A stretch of DNA of 62,265 nt, the filler included, from Choristocarpus tenellus KU-1152 (taxonomy: Eukaryota; Protista; Phaeophyceae): the NCBI GenBank assembly GCA_964200185.2. It is 10 parts of 10 records of this genome, joined end to end, with 100 filler letters (N's around TTAATTAATTAA, not from the genome) between each part and the next. Parts side by side here need not be neighbours in the genome. Positions count along the whole stretch, not along the records: positions 1 to 13,883 come from CAXNAD020001334.1; 9 more parts are not named here. One strand, given 5' to 3'. Below the pieces are notes generated by a model, which saw only the letters and a program-made list of their open reading frames with translations, searched no databases and was not told where the DNA came from. A program made the position numbers and the translations under genes. Position 1 is the first letter of the stretch, and the number at the start of each line of letters is the position of its first letter. Below are positions 1-13,416 of this stretch, piece by piece.

Positions 1-224
1 CCCCCCTCACAGATATTTTGAGGCTTCATCTCTTGCAATCCACCAAATTATTTGTATGGATGAAGAGCTAGGATAAACTTGATAATTTTAATTTCTCTAT
101 TGTTTTAATATTTTTAATAATTAAGAAAAGTATCTGTACAAATTGTGAAAAAAGTCGAAAGTTGCACATTTATTGTCAGCATCCTTAAAATGCAATCCTG
201 GGTACCTCTCGTTTACCTTGACTC
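1..224 (-). mobile_element. MITE family C, partial copy (long variant)
   Basis: Reverse complement begins GAGTCAAGGTAAACGAGAGGTACCCAGGATTGCATTTTAAGGATGC, matching the left ends at 17420, 23741 and 30950. Similarity to ~17560-17600 continues towards position ~45. Confidence 0.7.
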
Positions 225-1009
225 TTCCCCAGTCCCTATCATGCCATTTTGTTTTGTTGCCTTCTCCCCTTTGTAACTCTTCTTTTTGCTGCATCACAAT
301 CCCTGCAACATGTCACCAGGCAAAATGAGATTTAGAAGTTCCAGGTAGTGAGTAGAGTGTATGTCTTTGGAATCATTTACTTCGAAGTACATCATAAAAA
401 AAAACAGTGGACAGTGCTCGATACAAATTAACCTGAACTGAAATTGACTTGCATAGAAAAACATGTGTACAACTTTAAATTAGTTGTTGTGGAACATGCT
501 GCACTCAGGGTCGTGAGCCACCTTACCCTCTCTCTCAATATATATATATATATATATAACTTCGTTGTCTTGCAACCACGATCTCAATTCATATTAAAAA
601 ATGTCAAATGTTCAACACCGTACTAGTGTAAGCCTCGTAATGACCTCAACAATTTAAGACACAATTACCGCGTTTAGATGTGTTCGTTTGGATACTATAC
701 AATCCACTAGCGCTATCCGATTCTGAACTACGATAAATGGTGCCAACCCTTTCTTAAGTTTCTATCTACCTCAACACTTCACTCAGTACATGCGCACAAT
801 GTTTTCCGTGACAAAGGAGGGTTAACTTACCTTATTTATATTAAGAAATTAACTAGCTCAGATGGGTAAACTATAATATACTTGATTGAAACAATAGACT
901 ATAGCAATGAAGTAAATGAAGTAGAGGAATATTGTGTTGTTCTTTCACCGTACTTTGTGTCCCATCGAAATGCAGAACCCACATTTCGTGGTTTAGTCAT
1001 CTCTGGTTT

Positions 1010-1240
1010 CGTTTTGTTACAACAAGAGCTGGAGCAATCCAGTCCATAACATCCGTTGCCCTGGGCAACACTCGTGTTCATTGATCTACAACGTCCGCTG
1101 TCCTGGCAATGCTTTGATGCGTATATTGCTAAAATGTTGAAGTCCGCTATGCACGTTATGTTTTCCAATGTGTGGTATTATCTCGATCTGATACCTGTGG
1201 AATGTGAGGACATCAACAAGTCTTTGGTCTACAAGAACTG
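1010..1240 (+). pseudogene. Degenerate RTE-like LINE reverse transcriptase fragment
   Basis: Reads LQQELEQ...TLVFIDLQRPLSWQ, resembling the RTE-type RT segment LQEL..FIDLxKAYDSVDRxLLWQ with a deletion. Contains stops. Confidence 0.35.
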
Positions 1241-3836
1241 ATGAATGACAACATACACGTCTGGCCACAGGAGCGGCTCAAGTCGACAAATTGATGTGCC
1301 AGACAAACAATACTGGGCAGAATCTTCAATCCTCCTCCAGAAGCAAAGAGGAAATACCCAAACAAGGTAGCACCTTAGGTCTAATTCGTGTCAAAAACAA
1401 AACATATTGTGCTCCTTTTTCTAATCACTACACAGTCAACATGCTATACAGTCTCTGCATACATACACAGTATATCCTACGAAATATGCAGACCTTGTTA
1501 GCTTGTTGTAAACAATATAGATTCCGTTGTGTTTGTATTTACTTTAGAGTTTTGTTGCTTCTCACTCCCCCTATGACACCATGTGCAAATTTTCAGGGAC
1601 ATCGCATACATATCTCCACGTTACTAGGTACTCCAAACTAGAACATTGTTCTGAGTAACTCTAGTAGCAATATACAACATACATGAATATATGTCAAGGG
1701 TGGTAAATCTAGAAGACCTCTACCGTTGTCAGCAATACAGATGCTGTTGTTGCTGTGTTTGTTGTACCCTTTGCCTCGTGTGTTTCTTCTTGTTCTCTGC
1801 ATGACAACATCTGTACAATATCGGTGAGCATAAAAAATACATAAATTTGTAGATATAGTAGAGCACTATAGAGTTTACAGGCACACGTATACGTATTTTA
1901 CAACAAGTAGACGACCACATGGGTAGATGGATATCTCCAGCACATTGATATATATATTGATAGGATTGTGAACCCGCATCTTCATACCTTTGGAGGAGCG
2001 AATAGTATATAATACAGAAGTTAATGTCAAGCCTCGAGCACACTGATATGTGCTTAGCACGGATAATTTTGTACGTACATAAACCATTACCTACCAGGAG
2101 GTAACATTTACCTCATTATCTCTACTAGTGACACAAGGAAATAAATTAAGCATATGTTGGTGATATGGTGCCAACAACAAGTAACTGGTTGGCTGGCCAT
2201 GCAATAACGTTGTGAAAGACTTTTTGTTCAAAGCCCCTGCAACACCAACTCGCGATAAAATCACTTACTGCAGGAAGTGACGCATGCACACCTCAAACTC
2301 TCTCATGCCACTCCTATCAGTTTTGTCCGATAATCTCAAACTGTTCTTGACACAGGCAATGAATACCTCAAATGCATACACTCTGGGCTATGCACACGCT
2401 GTATTCAGTGACTGATAGGCCAATCAAATAGTGTGACTAATTAATCTAGTATCCTCAAACCACGAGTGTATGGAATCTTGGGCGGGTGGGTACATCAAAG
2501 TGTGTGAATTCTGTCGTTCTTTTCTCCCTTGTATTTTGTATTTATTTTCTACTTTACAAAGCACTCGTGGGTTGCAACTCGCTGAATGTACGATAAAGTG
2601 AGTGCACATGAAGCACTTGACAAGATAGTTACACAAAGGGACTTCGGAGAAAGTCTCTTTGTTGAGAAACCTCTGGGTGTTGTCCAGTTAATATGATGTA
2701 TGTGATTATCTTTTATGATCTTTCAGAGGTGCTATGAAATGTGGAGTACAACAAGCACAACGTCTGTTGTTGATCCCCACTTCTACAACATATATTTACC
2801 TCTAACAACATAGTCATGCCTCAAGGTGACAAGTGAATGACAATGATGGCTGACTTCATCTTCCATCCTCCTGTAACAGAGGACATGCAAATAAACACAT
2901 TTTGTGCCCAAAACCTAACAGTAATATCAAGCAAACCACAGTGTGTGGTTTTTCTCATACCACACTAAAGTACTGTACAACCTACTCTTTTGTCCCTATT
3001 TGTCGCTGCTCAATACTGATTACAAACCCCAAACATGCTACATAAGTGTATATACGAAGTTACAATAAGATACAACGTAGCAACGTGTAGTCGTTATAGA
3101 TGTATACTTCAATATATAGAAAGATCACCAGGCCCCTCCAAACCAACTGATACATGTACATGCATACACACCATGCGTGCGTGCGTAGACAGGTCCAAAC
3201 CCCGTACCAGTGTTGATGAGATTTAACCTAAATGTAAGTGTCCTCAGGAGAATCGTAAAATATTGAATATAAGGAACTCGTAAGCCCCCACCAGCCCACG
3301 AATACGAACGATTACGAACATACATGTAGAGACACCCACACACGCTACACCTGCCCACAGATAAGACTGAAATTTAGGACTCAACTTCCCGCACCACATA
3401 TATCGTACGCAAACAATATCCAACGTGTCCAATAGCCTTTTATAGTCCACTTGTCAATTTCCCTCTTCTTTCTCAGCCTCAACCAGTGTGGACAACTGGG
3501 TTCAAGGAATATCAAACAAGTCAGTCCGTGTCAAGATCAGAATAAGCTTTAATGTTCACTGGCATGACGGAGTGCTACCCAAGCTTGATGGAGCTGTTCC
3601 TAGCCAGCTTGCAGCGATGCAGGAGCTGGTGAACTAAAGACCCAGCTCTCTTTCTTAATGTACTACTTGATTCTACAGATGTGTTCACTACCCTTGTACA
3701 GGTTGTGGAACCAGAATGTATAAGTGGGAATGGGTGTAAGTACCTGTGAGCAATTCAGATTTGACCTCTTGCTGTGATTGACCCGTCAACAGGTTTCAAA
3801 TCTGGGTTCTTGCTCTTGTGTATTCCCTCAACATGT

Positions 3837-6800
3837 TCACTGTAGGTTGCAGATGTCACCTACAGTACCCTGAACAGTGGAGGTAAGATCGTTATATATG
3901 TTTGCGCAATTTCCTTCCTGCGACACGAAATAAAACAAGCAATCAATCAAGGGGTGTGAGTCCAGGGAAGGGAGGAAAATCGTGGAGTGTTGCATGGGTC
4001 GTGTGTGTATTTTTGGTATTTTGAAAAAATAGATCTTCATATTCTGCACTTCTCGCAAGTTTCTTACATTGCGGATCCCCACGTATGGCACAGATATGGA
4101 TACAGGTACAAATAACTAGATAGCCGTAACCAGATTTTTCTCTGTGGCTCCTGGTTCTAGATCTGGACCTAATACTAGGGTATCAGATTCGGACCTAATC
4201 CTAGTAGTGTGACTCACACACCGATCCTACCAGACCTGCTCCCTGTAATGTGGAGTATTGAGAGACCTGCAATGAGACCTCTGTGCCACCCGAACTGCTG
4301 TGAGACCCTAGGGCCTGAAGACTGCCGAGGGGCATATACATATTTCCAGTTTCCACACTGGCTTGAGTCAAAGTATCTTAGAGGGAAAAGCGGCGTCCAT
4401 TTGGGGTCCAAAATCCAATGTTGCAATTTTGATGTAATTTTGGCTATTGTGTTTGTTACGAGATGCCAATATCCTTGTTCCAGATACATCTTTTCATAAC
4501 GTACACATTGTACCTACTCTGAAACATTTGGGAGTAGGAAAAAATATATTAAAAATCCGTGGAAAGCCAAACCCCAAATGGACAAACATGGAAAACCTCG
4601 TATCCTCTAAGATACTTTCACTCGCTTGGTAAAGCATCTCATGTGCAGAGGGGATGGGGGGCTTTATGCCGCCATGTGCTATGTGATCTGTGCGACCTGC
4701 TGACCCTGTAGGGCCTGTGGTTCAGGTTCGGGGTGGATCCTGTGTGAAGAGCCTGGCTAACATCACACATAGTACTGTTGGCCACGTGTCTCTCAAACCC
4801 GAGCCCGGACTGGACAGGCTCAGACCTGGAGACAATTAGGTACTGCAGCCAAGTCCATAACTGTATAAAGTTCTGGAATTATGCAGGGCTTATCTTGCCA
4901 ATATATTTTTTAGCTGGCCATCGTTACACGTGAACCTTATCCTAATCACCATTTGTAGAGAGCACAAAAGTTCGGGGTAATACTTGGAACATGATATCAT
5001 CCCAAGAAGAAAATAGTGAACACTGCCTCTCTTCAATTGTAATTTGTCTGTTGCAAATCCTCTCTCACACATGAATTCAAGAAATACCGAAAACCAACCA
5101 TTTTATTTACCGGCATCAAGAGACCACTCGTTGCACACTACAGATGTGTATGAGTACAAGCAAATCCACAACTACCATACCTACTTGTCGTTGGTTTACT
5201 TGGAAATATATTGCAATGCCATAAACGGCACGTCTCCCTTCAAAGCACACAAGCTTGCTTACCGAGGCAAAGTTGTCAGTGAATATGGGAGTGTCGCCTG
5301 CAAATATGATCACACCACCATTGATATTGGCGATACCCCCGCCATTGCCCTCCAAAGCGGTGTTTCTGAGAAATTTAGCCTTGTCGTTGAAACTGTCGTT
5401 ATGGATAAAAATATGACACAAATGTGCGGTGGCCATGGTTAGGGGATGTTGAGACGATGGGGAGGGAGAACAGGACAGTATGTCAGACTGATCTTATCAC
5501 ACCATTGTTGTCCATCACAAACTCCAGAGTAGGGAAAGTGCACAGTGACACTCTTATTTTATACTGCTATTCTGGTGAACTCCAAATACGCCACATATAT
5601 CCGCATATACATAACACTGTACCTTTGGTATATAATGCATTTTCAAAGGTTCTGAGTACAACACTAGTGTTATTATATCTCCTTTTAGATACCACGCATT
5701 AATGGTACACACCTTTTGTTTGTGATTCACACATTGAAGTGTGCCCATCAACAAGGCTGGTGTGTAAACTCATAAAAAGCTTCGAAACTCGAGTTTTAAT
5801 TGCTGGAGTGTTGCTATGCGTGGCGCACCTTTACAAGATAAGGATATTACAGGATCGGATTCGATTATATTGTAATTATAACTCTTCTTACGGGTCGGCA
5901 TTGTCAGAGGAAACTGATACAAAATCTGTTTTGTTCCATTTTGTCCGTGTTGTCTAGCATGCCACAGATAAAAAAAATTACTCCCAGCAAGCCTATATAT
6001 TGAGTGCGTGTAAAGTCAAGCCTATCGATGGCTACAATGTACGGAAGCATTGATAGTGGAGTAACAAAGAACATCAAACAGATAACAGCACAAGGAACCG
6101 TTAGCAACAGACTTACGCTACAGTACCACCATCATTGTAGAGTCCACCACCGCTCTGTCGCTGAATGTTGTCCTTGAAAAGTGCCTCTCCATTGAACCTA
6201 ATGAAGTCCGGAATAATGTACAGTAGCAAAGAAGGAGGGTAACAAAAATATAGCGAAAGCTGGGTGCCTGGAGAGCCAAGGGTGCTCTTTTTTACGCATA
6301 GGTTGGATTGAGGAAATATTTGACGTAATGACCAGAATATCACGATCAAGTGAGAAGTCTTGAGTGTAACAGTAGGCAGCAAGGGGGAAGGAGGTTGTTA
6401 TCATAATGTCTACAGTGAATCCTTCTTTTTGAATATGGAAAGTGAAATGGAAGGGGTTCAACTGACCGCATAATGTGTTTAACTCACATCAGATCTCCAC
6501 TGTTTCTAGCTCCACCTCCAGGACCCTCACTGGCGTCATTCAGAATGAACTTTGCATTTTTCTCGAACCTGCACGTCCAGTTTTAGAAGAAGGGAAAAGG
6601 ATAAGAGTATTTGTAATATTCCCAAGCTTTCATACCAAGGGTCGGGACAAGGGGTGTAATATGCTATAATCCTTCCCGACATACATGAAACTGCTCCAAC
6701 GATAAGTATAGTAAAGTGAATAGCTTAGGGAAGAAAAAGGTTGCACAACATTTCCAACTTTTTTGTGTTGAGGTGATTGTTTGAAGGAAGTAGAGCTCCT

Positions 6801-9800
6801 CAAAACCTCAAAATAGTTCAGATACGTATGATTTATCTGCAAAATGTTGAGGGCCAACAAAAAACAAAATCTGTATCCTGTGAAGCCCTCGAAATCAACA
6901 TACTGTTGTACAGTGGCAAACGTTCATTCCGTGCAAGAGAGTGCCTGCATGTACCAAAAGCTCTCCGTTGTAAGAGTTCTTAAATAGTGCCTTTATAGGG
7001 GTACGAAACAAGACTGAAAGGGAGCTCACGTCATGGTTCCACGGTTGAAAACACCACCAGCGTTCTCATCGATGTTGTGCTCTCTGAAAATTGCATTCTT
7101 CATAAAGCTTTTTTTCAGCAGGAAGAGTACAGCGCAAGTCGAGGGAGAACAAGGAGGGAGGGAAAGGAGCTGGGATGAGTGAGAAAACACGGGGAAGGTT
7201 GATGGGTTAACATTTGGATTAGGCGGATATTCGTCTGTTTCACTACAGCAGATTAGGAGGTACAGCCTATCGATTTTGAACATGGAGGTGCTTCAGTATG
7301 AGCCAAAACTCATCACCTTCTCGAAACCTTGTGGGGTGGGAAGAGTGTATCACTAGAGGGCACTACAATTGACAACCAATGGACACTCACAAGACGATTA
7401 AAGATAAATTTCGACAGTTGATAGAATTGAAGTTAACGAGACACAGAAATTGCAGAGAAAAACGTACATCTGTAGGCAACATACTCCGAATATGTACAAA
7501 CCTATCATGGAGTACTTCAGCACTTGGATTTTGACCCAAAGCATTTCAGGGGGTAGGACTGTGCTCGTCTGGGTTCATAAATCATTTTTCTTTTTCTTTT
7601 TTAAATGTAATTTTGGTTATTGTGTTTATTGGCAAGTGTCTATACCCTTGCTCCGGACACACCTTTTATAGTCGTGTACACCTAAGGTAACTGTATTCAC
7701 ACAGAAAACCGATAAAGGGCGTAGAAAAACGGTGGGAAGCCAAGTCCCGAACAGACAAACAGGGCAAAACTCCTACCCTCTTAAATGCTTTGGATCATAT
7801 TTGTGGGGTGGGAAACGTTGCAGCAGCAGAAGCTGCTTACAAGCTCTTTGAACTGGTGTTCAGAATCAGAATGATGTGTCCAGGAAATAGGTCACACAGT
7901 TTGTGAACGTTTCAGATGCACATTTTCTTATTGTACAACATAGAGTACAAGGTGTTTTGAGAAGCAAAATACGAACAAGCTGTGTATGAATCCTTGTACA
8001 TTCACGACATATTATAATTGGCGACACAAGAAAGACGTAATCGTACGAACTGATGTAATATATCATTAAACTCTCAAGACTCACGTCACTGTGCAGGCAT
8101 CACAGTTGGACACTCCTCCAGCAGGTGTACCGTCGAAATTAAAGGCGTTGTTTTCGAAGTATGCCTTCTCCTCGAAGCTGACAATGTGTGGTGGCAGAGA
8201 GTGGCGTGTGTATGTTGTGAACAATGGGGATTGGAAAAGGATAGAGGACGAGATGGGAGTGTCGATAACAATAAACTTGTGGTTAACAGATGACATCTAA
8301 TATTAAATGGTACTCACATAACAGTGCCGCCTTGCCCACTCTCACTTTCTTCATTGCTAACAGCGAGTAATCTGTTGCTGATGAAGTCTGCTCGACCACC
8401 AAACCTGTGAAGGCATCGGGGTTGGTCATTGAGGTCCTGAAAAAAAGGCATCCGAACAGTCTATCTGATCTGTTGAATTGTCAGGCCCATGTTAACCAGT
8501 TTGATGTGGGGTTATATAGAGTTAGGCTCTGGTCCTACGTATAATGTACGAGTCTTCTGGTCTATTCTCACCGGATGTTGCCACCAAAGTTGGACCGGAT
8601 CACATTTTCGTTGCCCAAGAAAGAAGCTTTCCCCGCAAAACTGAGGTATTTTTAAGGGAAGAGAGAAAGTAGAAAGCGTGGGGATTGTAATGAGTTGAGG
8701 GAGAGTAGGAAGCGATCATACTATCTACTCCAATTATATATTTTTCTCCTTCATATTTTTCAGGTGAGCACTTCCAATGTTTTACTTCGAAGCAGAGAAT
8801 AACATTGGTACACACTTAAATAGATGTGTACAAGTAAAATCGTGTGCACAGGCATACTTAGGCAACTTTCATAGTAGAGGAAAGTGTATATCTTTGATAT
8901 GGTTGATGAAGATAAGAACAGCAACTTCTAAGTGACGAGTCTAAACAGACGTGTCAAGATACCAGAGGTAAACACCTCAATTTGATGTAGCTCTAACATG
9001 GTTGCATAGGTAGAGCTTTAGTTCTCTATAGGGGGATGCCCACAAAATATGTGTTACACACCGGGTTCGATTAACACGCAAGGACATTTTGAAGTTAGAG
9101 GAATACAGGGACTTGCTACTACCAACAATTATTATGACATCATAGTCATACACAAGAGGGAAAAAAAATCCCATTAGTAATAAATGAAACACGAATATTA
9201 AGTGCCAAAGAGAAATTATGCACATCCACATACAACTGATTGTAATTCTCACTCGAGCTCTCCCCAGTTCCCGACGAAGGATCGCACGTCTTCAACATCT
9301 GTCACCACCACGTCTCCAGTGAACCTCATTGAGCCGCCTGGTAGCACCCACAACATGTACCCAGGACTATCGTCCTAGTTGTGAAGGAAATGCAGCCCAA
9401 GTGAAGGAGCAGTGGACGTCAAGTCTCATGAACACTTTATCACAATAGTTCTGTTAGGAACACATTGCACTCAATCTTCATCCGCCCAAAACTACGCAGA
9501 AACCATTCTTTATGGCCTGTCTTCAGATTTTATGCATTTGACACTTGACCTAGCTCTACCTTAGGACAAGAATCATGGGGGAAAATATCCTCACCACCAA
9601 GCACATGGAGTTCTATTGACGATTGACCCACATAAGAAAATTCAATCAATCGTGATCCGATCAAATCGGTGCTTCAATACCTTCTATTCGCTGGAATCGT
9701 CAATTTCCTCTGAAGTTCGAGACTACCAGTACAGTGGTAGTGCAGTTTCGAACTAGTCCTTGAAAGCAACTTATTAGTTCATATATAGAGCTCTATAGCC

Positions 9801-11379
9801 ATACTTTAAAAAACGAAAAATGGACAACGCACATTTGCACCGCCATGAGGACCCCATACACACATGCTCCATGCTCCTTTATCGTTCATCATCTATCAAA
9901 TGCCTGGGGAAGGCTTTTATGATCCAGACCCCTGATGCCTACCTATATATATATATACATAGTCCTAGTTATCACCCTTGAAATGAAGAACTTGCCTCAT
10001 CAGGAGGTTCAGGGCTTGGACCGAAAGTAGTGGTGTCCATATCGAACACAGCCGTTGCTCCTTCGTAAACAATGAATCTTATCTTTTTGAAGCTGCTCTC
10101 CAGTGCATCGCAGCAGGTATGTATGTTGAGGTGGGCATAGAGAAGTTTTCCGGTGTTTGACGTCTTCTTTCCCAGTCTACTAGATCAAGATAAACTGACA
10201 AATTGGCGGCTTCTCGAGTAGCGTTCTCGATAAAGATGTGTTGGATTGTGCATTTTATTCTGCAATGTTCTCAGTAAGTACTTGATACAACATTCTGCAC
10301 GTTCCTGATAGAACTATGTGCATTGGTTTTGGCAATATTGGAACTACAACAAAACTACAGTTATATCATACTTCCCATGAAAACGACCAAATCGTCGAGT
10401 TCTCACACCAAACTTTTGCGCCCTTCTTCTCGACACTTGAACAAATTCAGGGTAGGGTGTATTGAATATTGGCATGGATCTTGTCAAAAATGAAACTCGA
10501 AACTACAAACTCCAGAGTAGCATATGTCACCATAATGCGATGAGACACAAATTACCACTAGGAATCCAGAGTTTCACATTCCAACTAATCAAGAAAGCTT
10601 AACACAGGTAAGGTATCTGTCACGGGTACGTAACGATTGCAAGACCACCGTTCGCTGCTTTGCCTTACTTGTCTCCTAGAGCTGCTCTACGTTTTGATCA
10701 AAGAAAAGCCTTCATCCAGGCTAGACATACGCAACAAGAGAGATGAAATCAGAGTGCTGGCAGGAGACTTGTGTCCTCTTCGAAGTCTGCACTTCTCTCA
10801 CGGTACATACTATTAGCTAGTCTTGCTTTGCAATAGTCGCACCACTTACTTTGTTTCTGTACCAGTGACTGTCAGGGTGCCACCCTGGATGTGTAGGTCA
10901 TAGACAGTATCACATGATACAGTAGCCGGAACCGTGATTGACATATCGCCATTCATGGGGAAGGGGACGCCGAGATTCGCCACAGCCGTGCACTCAGCCT
11001 CACATATGTTGCTGACGCAAGATGTGCCCTGGTTTAGTCCGATGTCGTCGCAGCAGTCGGCATCGTTGGTACAGTCCCCCCCTAAGACCACACATGCGGA
11101 GCTGGGACACCAAGAATTCGAGGGCTGATATTTCATTAAAGAGTTCTACAAACTGAGCATAAGATCAATGCTGGACCGTCCTCTAAAAGTGAGAATGTTG
11201 TTGCATGCTGAGGCTGGGATGATTTTTGTTACGCGATCTCGATCTTAACGGTTTTTGCAGTACGTCTCTACGGAATATTTTAATACTAATATCGATGTAT
11301 ATGTGCATCTCGATCACCTGCCAATCACAGATGTGGCAGTCAAAGTAGCAGTTAATAGAAGCGAAACTGCAATCTTCAT
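3837..11379 (-). CDS. Secreted Pmp-like / pectin-lyase-fold beta-helix repeat protein (adhesin-like), 11 exons, ~387 aa
   Basis: Exons: 11318-11379, 10850-11101, 9996-10092, 9253-9374, 8318-8404, 8085-8177, 7030-7107, 6488-6568, 6117-6197, 5263-5392, 3837-3917 (1164 nt, 388 codons including TGA). All acceptors are AG, all donors GT except one GC, and phases match at every junction. Signal peptide MKIAVSLLLTATLTATSVIG, then a Cys-rich module, then repeats such as FEEKAYFENN...AGGVSN, FEKNAKFILN...GGGARN, FNGEALFKDN...GGGLYN, FNDKAKFLRN...GGGIAN (FxxN plus GG-hydrophobic motifs). Confidence 0.88.
4365..4623 (+). mobile_element. MITE family A, full copy (intronic)
   Basis: TIRs GAGTCAAAGTATCTTAGAGG / CCTCTAAGATACTTTCACTC, flanked by GCTT on both sides. 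About 10 homologous copies in the window. Confidence 0.9.
7533..7796 (+). mobile_element. MITE family A, divergent copy (intronic)
   Basis: TIRs GACCCAAAGCATTTCAGGGGGTAGG / CCTACCCTCTTAAATGCTTTGGATC. Internal CCGGACACACCTTTT and GGGAAGCCAAG..GACAAACAGGG are shared with family A. Confidence 0.75.
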
Positions 11380-13043
11380 CTCTCAAAATTGTTGTTGTCG
11401 CTGTCGAGCACAGCGAATTTGTTGAATGGGTGATCCGTGTGCTCGAAGTGTCGTGAAGATGGTGAAGTAACCAAACTGTATTCGAAGAGGATGGTAAGAA
11501 AACTAGTCACTAGAGTCAGTTTTGATTGGGAGAGCTGGTCAGTCTATTTTAATCAACAGTCTATATCGGGGTATTCAAGCTCCTGTCTATACATGTATGT
11601 ACTACTATGAATTGAATAACACAACATATATAGAACTCTTATTACGTACACAATACGCCATTGGAATAATACCACACGAAATTTCTTGTGGTGTGAGATG
11701 CCTAACACCATTCAAAACACGTTTTTAGTGGGGAGGGGTCAGTTTTGGTCCACTTCATAACTTCATCAGTCGATATCAATCATGGAAAGGGATTATATAT
11801 GCGTTCTTGTGATGTAGACATGTGAAAAAACAATAAAACACTTTGAGGGTTCAAACACGTTGGACTCTTATTCTAAATATTTAGGTAACGTCTAGAAATA
11901 TGTCATTTCTGGAGATCAGTTAAAGCTCTCTACTGGCACAGTTCAAGAGGTATCACATTGTAGAGCTTCATTTTGAGCCACGTAGCACTACATTCCGTGA
12001 ACTAGGTCCTCAAAATGGTGCAAATGATCATGAAAAGCTACCATGAAGCTGATTTCGGAGATGATGGGATCAATACTGTCACAGTAAACAGACTACAGTA
12101 CGCTTCAGCACGATGCTTTACCTACGCGAGAAATCTATCTTGAGCCATATAACCCATAAACCCATACACTACAACTTGAGAACGATGCTGATCGCAACAA
12201 AACATCACCCCACATTGCAACTGGGCCGTGGGCCTTCCATGCCGAGGATGGTTTTCCACTATTCCATCTCCAAAACTCGCACAGGTTGGTTTCAACAGTC
12301 TTTCATGGCATTGAAAAGCGATTCAAGATTTATTATGTGTACATCCTGTCCAAGCCAACATCGGTGATGAGGTAAGCATAGGTAGATCCTGTATGGAAGG
12401 TTTTGCTTCACACTTGTTTCATGTGCTCGATTAATTACTGGCATTGAAATGTCCAACAGGGACTAGTCTACACTCTTATTCACCATGTGGAAAGGTGTCC
12501 ATACATTGAGTGTACAGTTTTGAACCCTTGATTTTATTGGTCTCAATATGATCTACAACTACTACACAATGAGGGAGTAAGAGAAGGGGATGGAGCTGGG
12601 GAAGTGATGGAGGAAAGTGATGGCGGTACATGGAACAGGCAAGGGAGAGGAACAAACAACAATAGAGGACACAGGGTCGCTACGAGATTAGGTGGACAGG
12701 TTTCACAGGATAGCAAAGGTCTTGCGGAAAGCAGAATATAAGTATACACGGGGATGGCGCTGGGGAGTTGACGGGAGAAGGCGATGAAGATCTTGCGGAA
12801 AGCAGGTCCTTCTCCCCCAACCGGGATGAGGAGGAGACAGGGGAGTCGGCGACAAGAGGTGTCACCGGGACCAGACGGCCAGCCTCTCCCACCGGTGACC
12901 CTAACCCATGTCCACCTCAGCAACCACGACATCTCACACCACAATGTTGCCCGATCTGCATCATCCAGATACAACTGCCAGTATTCCCCTTCACCTACCC
13001 ACACTCCCTTAACCTGGGCAGTGGCTTGAACCTTTACCTGCCT

Positions 13044-13143
13044 TATCCATCCGCTGTATGCAACCAAATCACACACACAAATCGCGACATGAAAAAAATG
13101 GCTCCAAATGGACAGTCACCACCCCCCCCAGATACTTTGAGCC
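13044..13143 (+). mobile_element. MITE family B, right half
   Basis: TTATCCATCC...AATCGCGACATGAAAAAA...CCCCCCAGATACTTTGAGCC matches full copies at 31258 and 35885. Confidence 0.8.
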
Positions 13144-13165
13144 AAAGTTGTGCTTAAATTCATCG

Positions 13166-13416
13166 GTATCTTAGAGGGTAGAGCTGCGTCCATTTGGGGG
13201 ACAAAATCCAATGTTGCGATTTTCATGTAATTTTGGCTATGGTGTTTGTGAGGAAGTATCAATATCTATGTTCCGACCACACCTTTTCATAACATGTACA
13301 TTTTACCTACTCCGTAATGTTTCGGAGTAGGAAAATGTAATAAAAAAACCCGCGGAACGCCAAGCCCCAAATGAACAAACAGGGAAGAACTCGTACCCTC
13401 TAAGATACTTTCACTC
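13166..13416 (+). mobile_element. MITE family A (left tip missing)
   Basis: GTATCTTAGAGGGTAGAGC...CGTACCCTCTAAGATACTTTCACTC, colinear with the 4365 copy. Confidence 0.88.

Noticed and set aside
12543-13157. Overlapping 129-177-aa ORFs
   Set aside because: No domain motif, purine/pyrimidine-biased sequence, and one ORF reads into a MITE.
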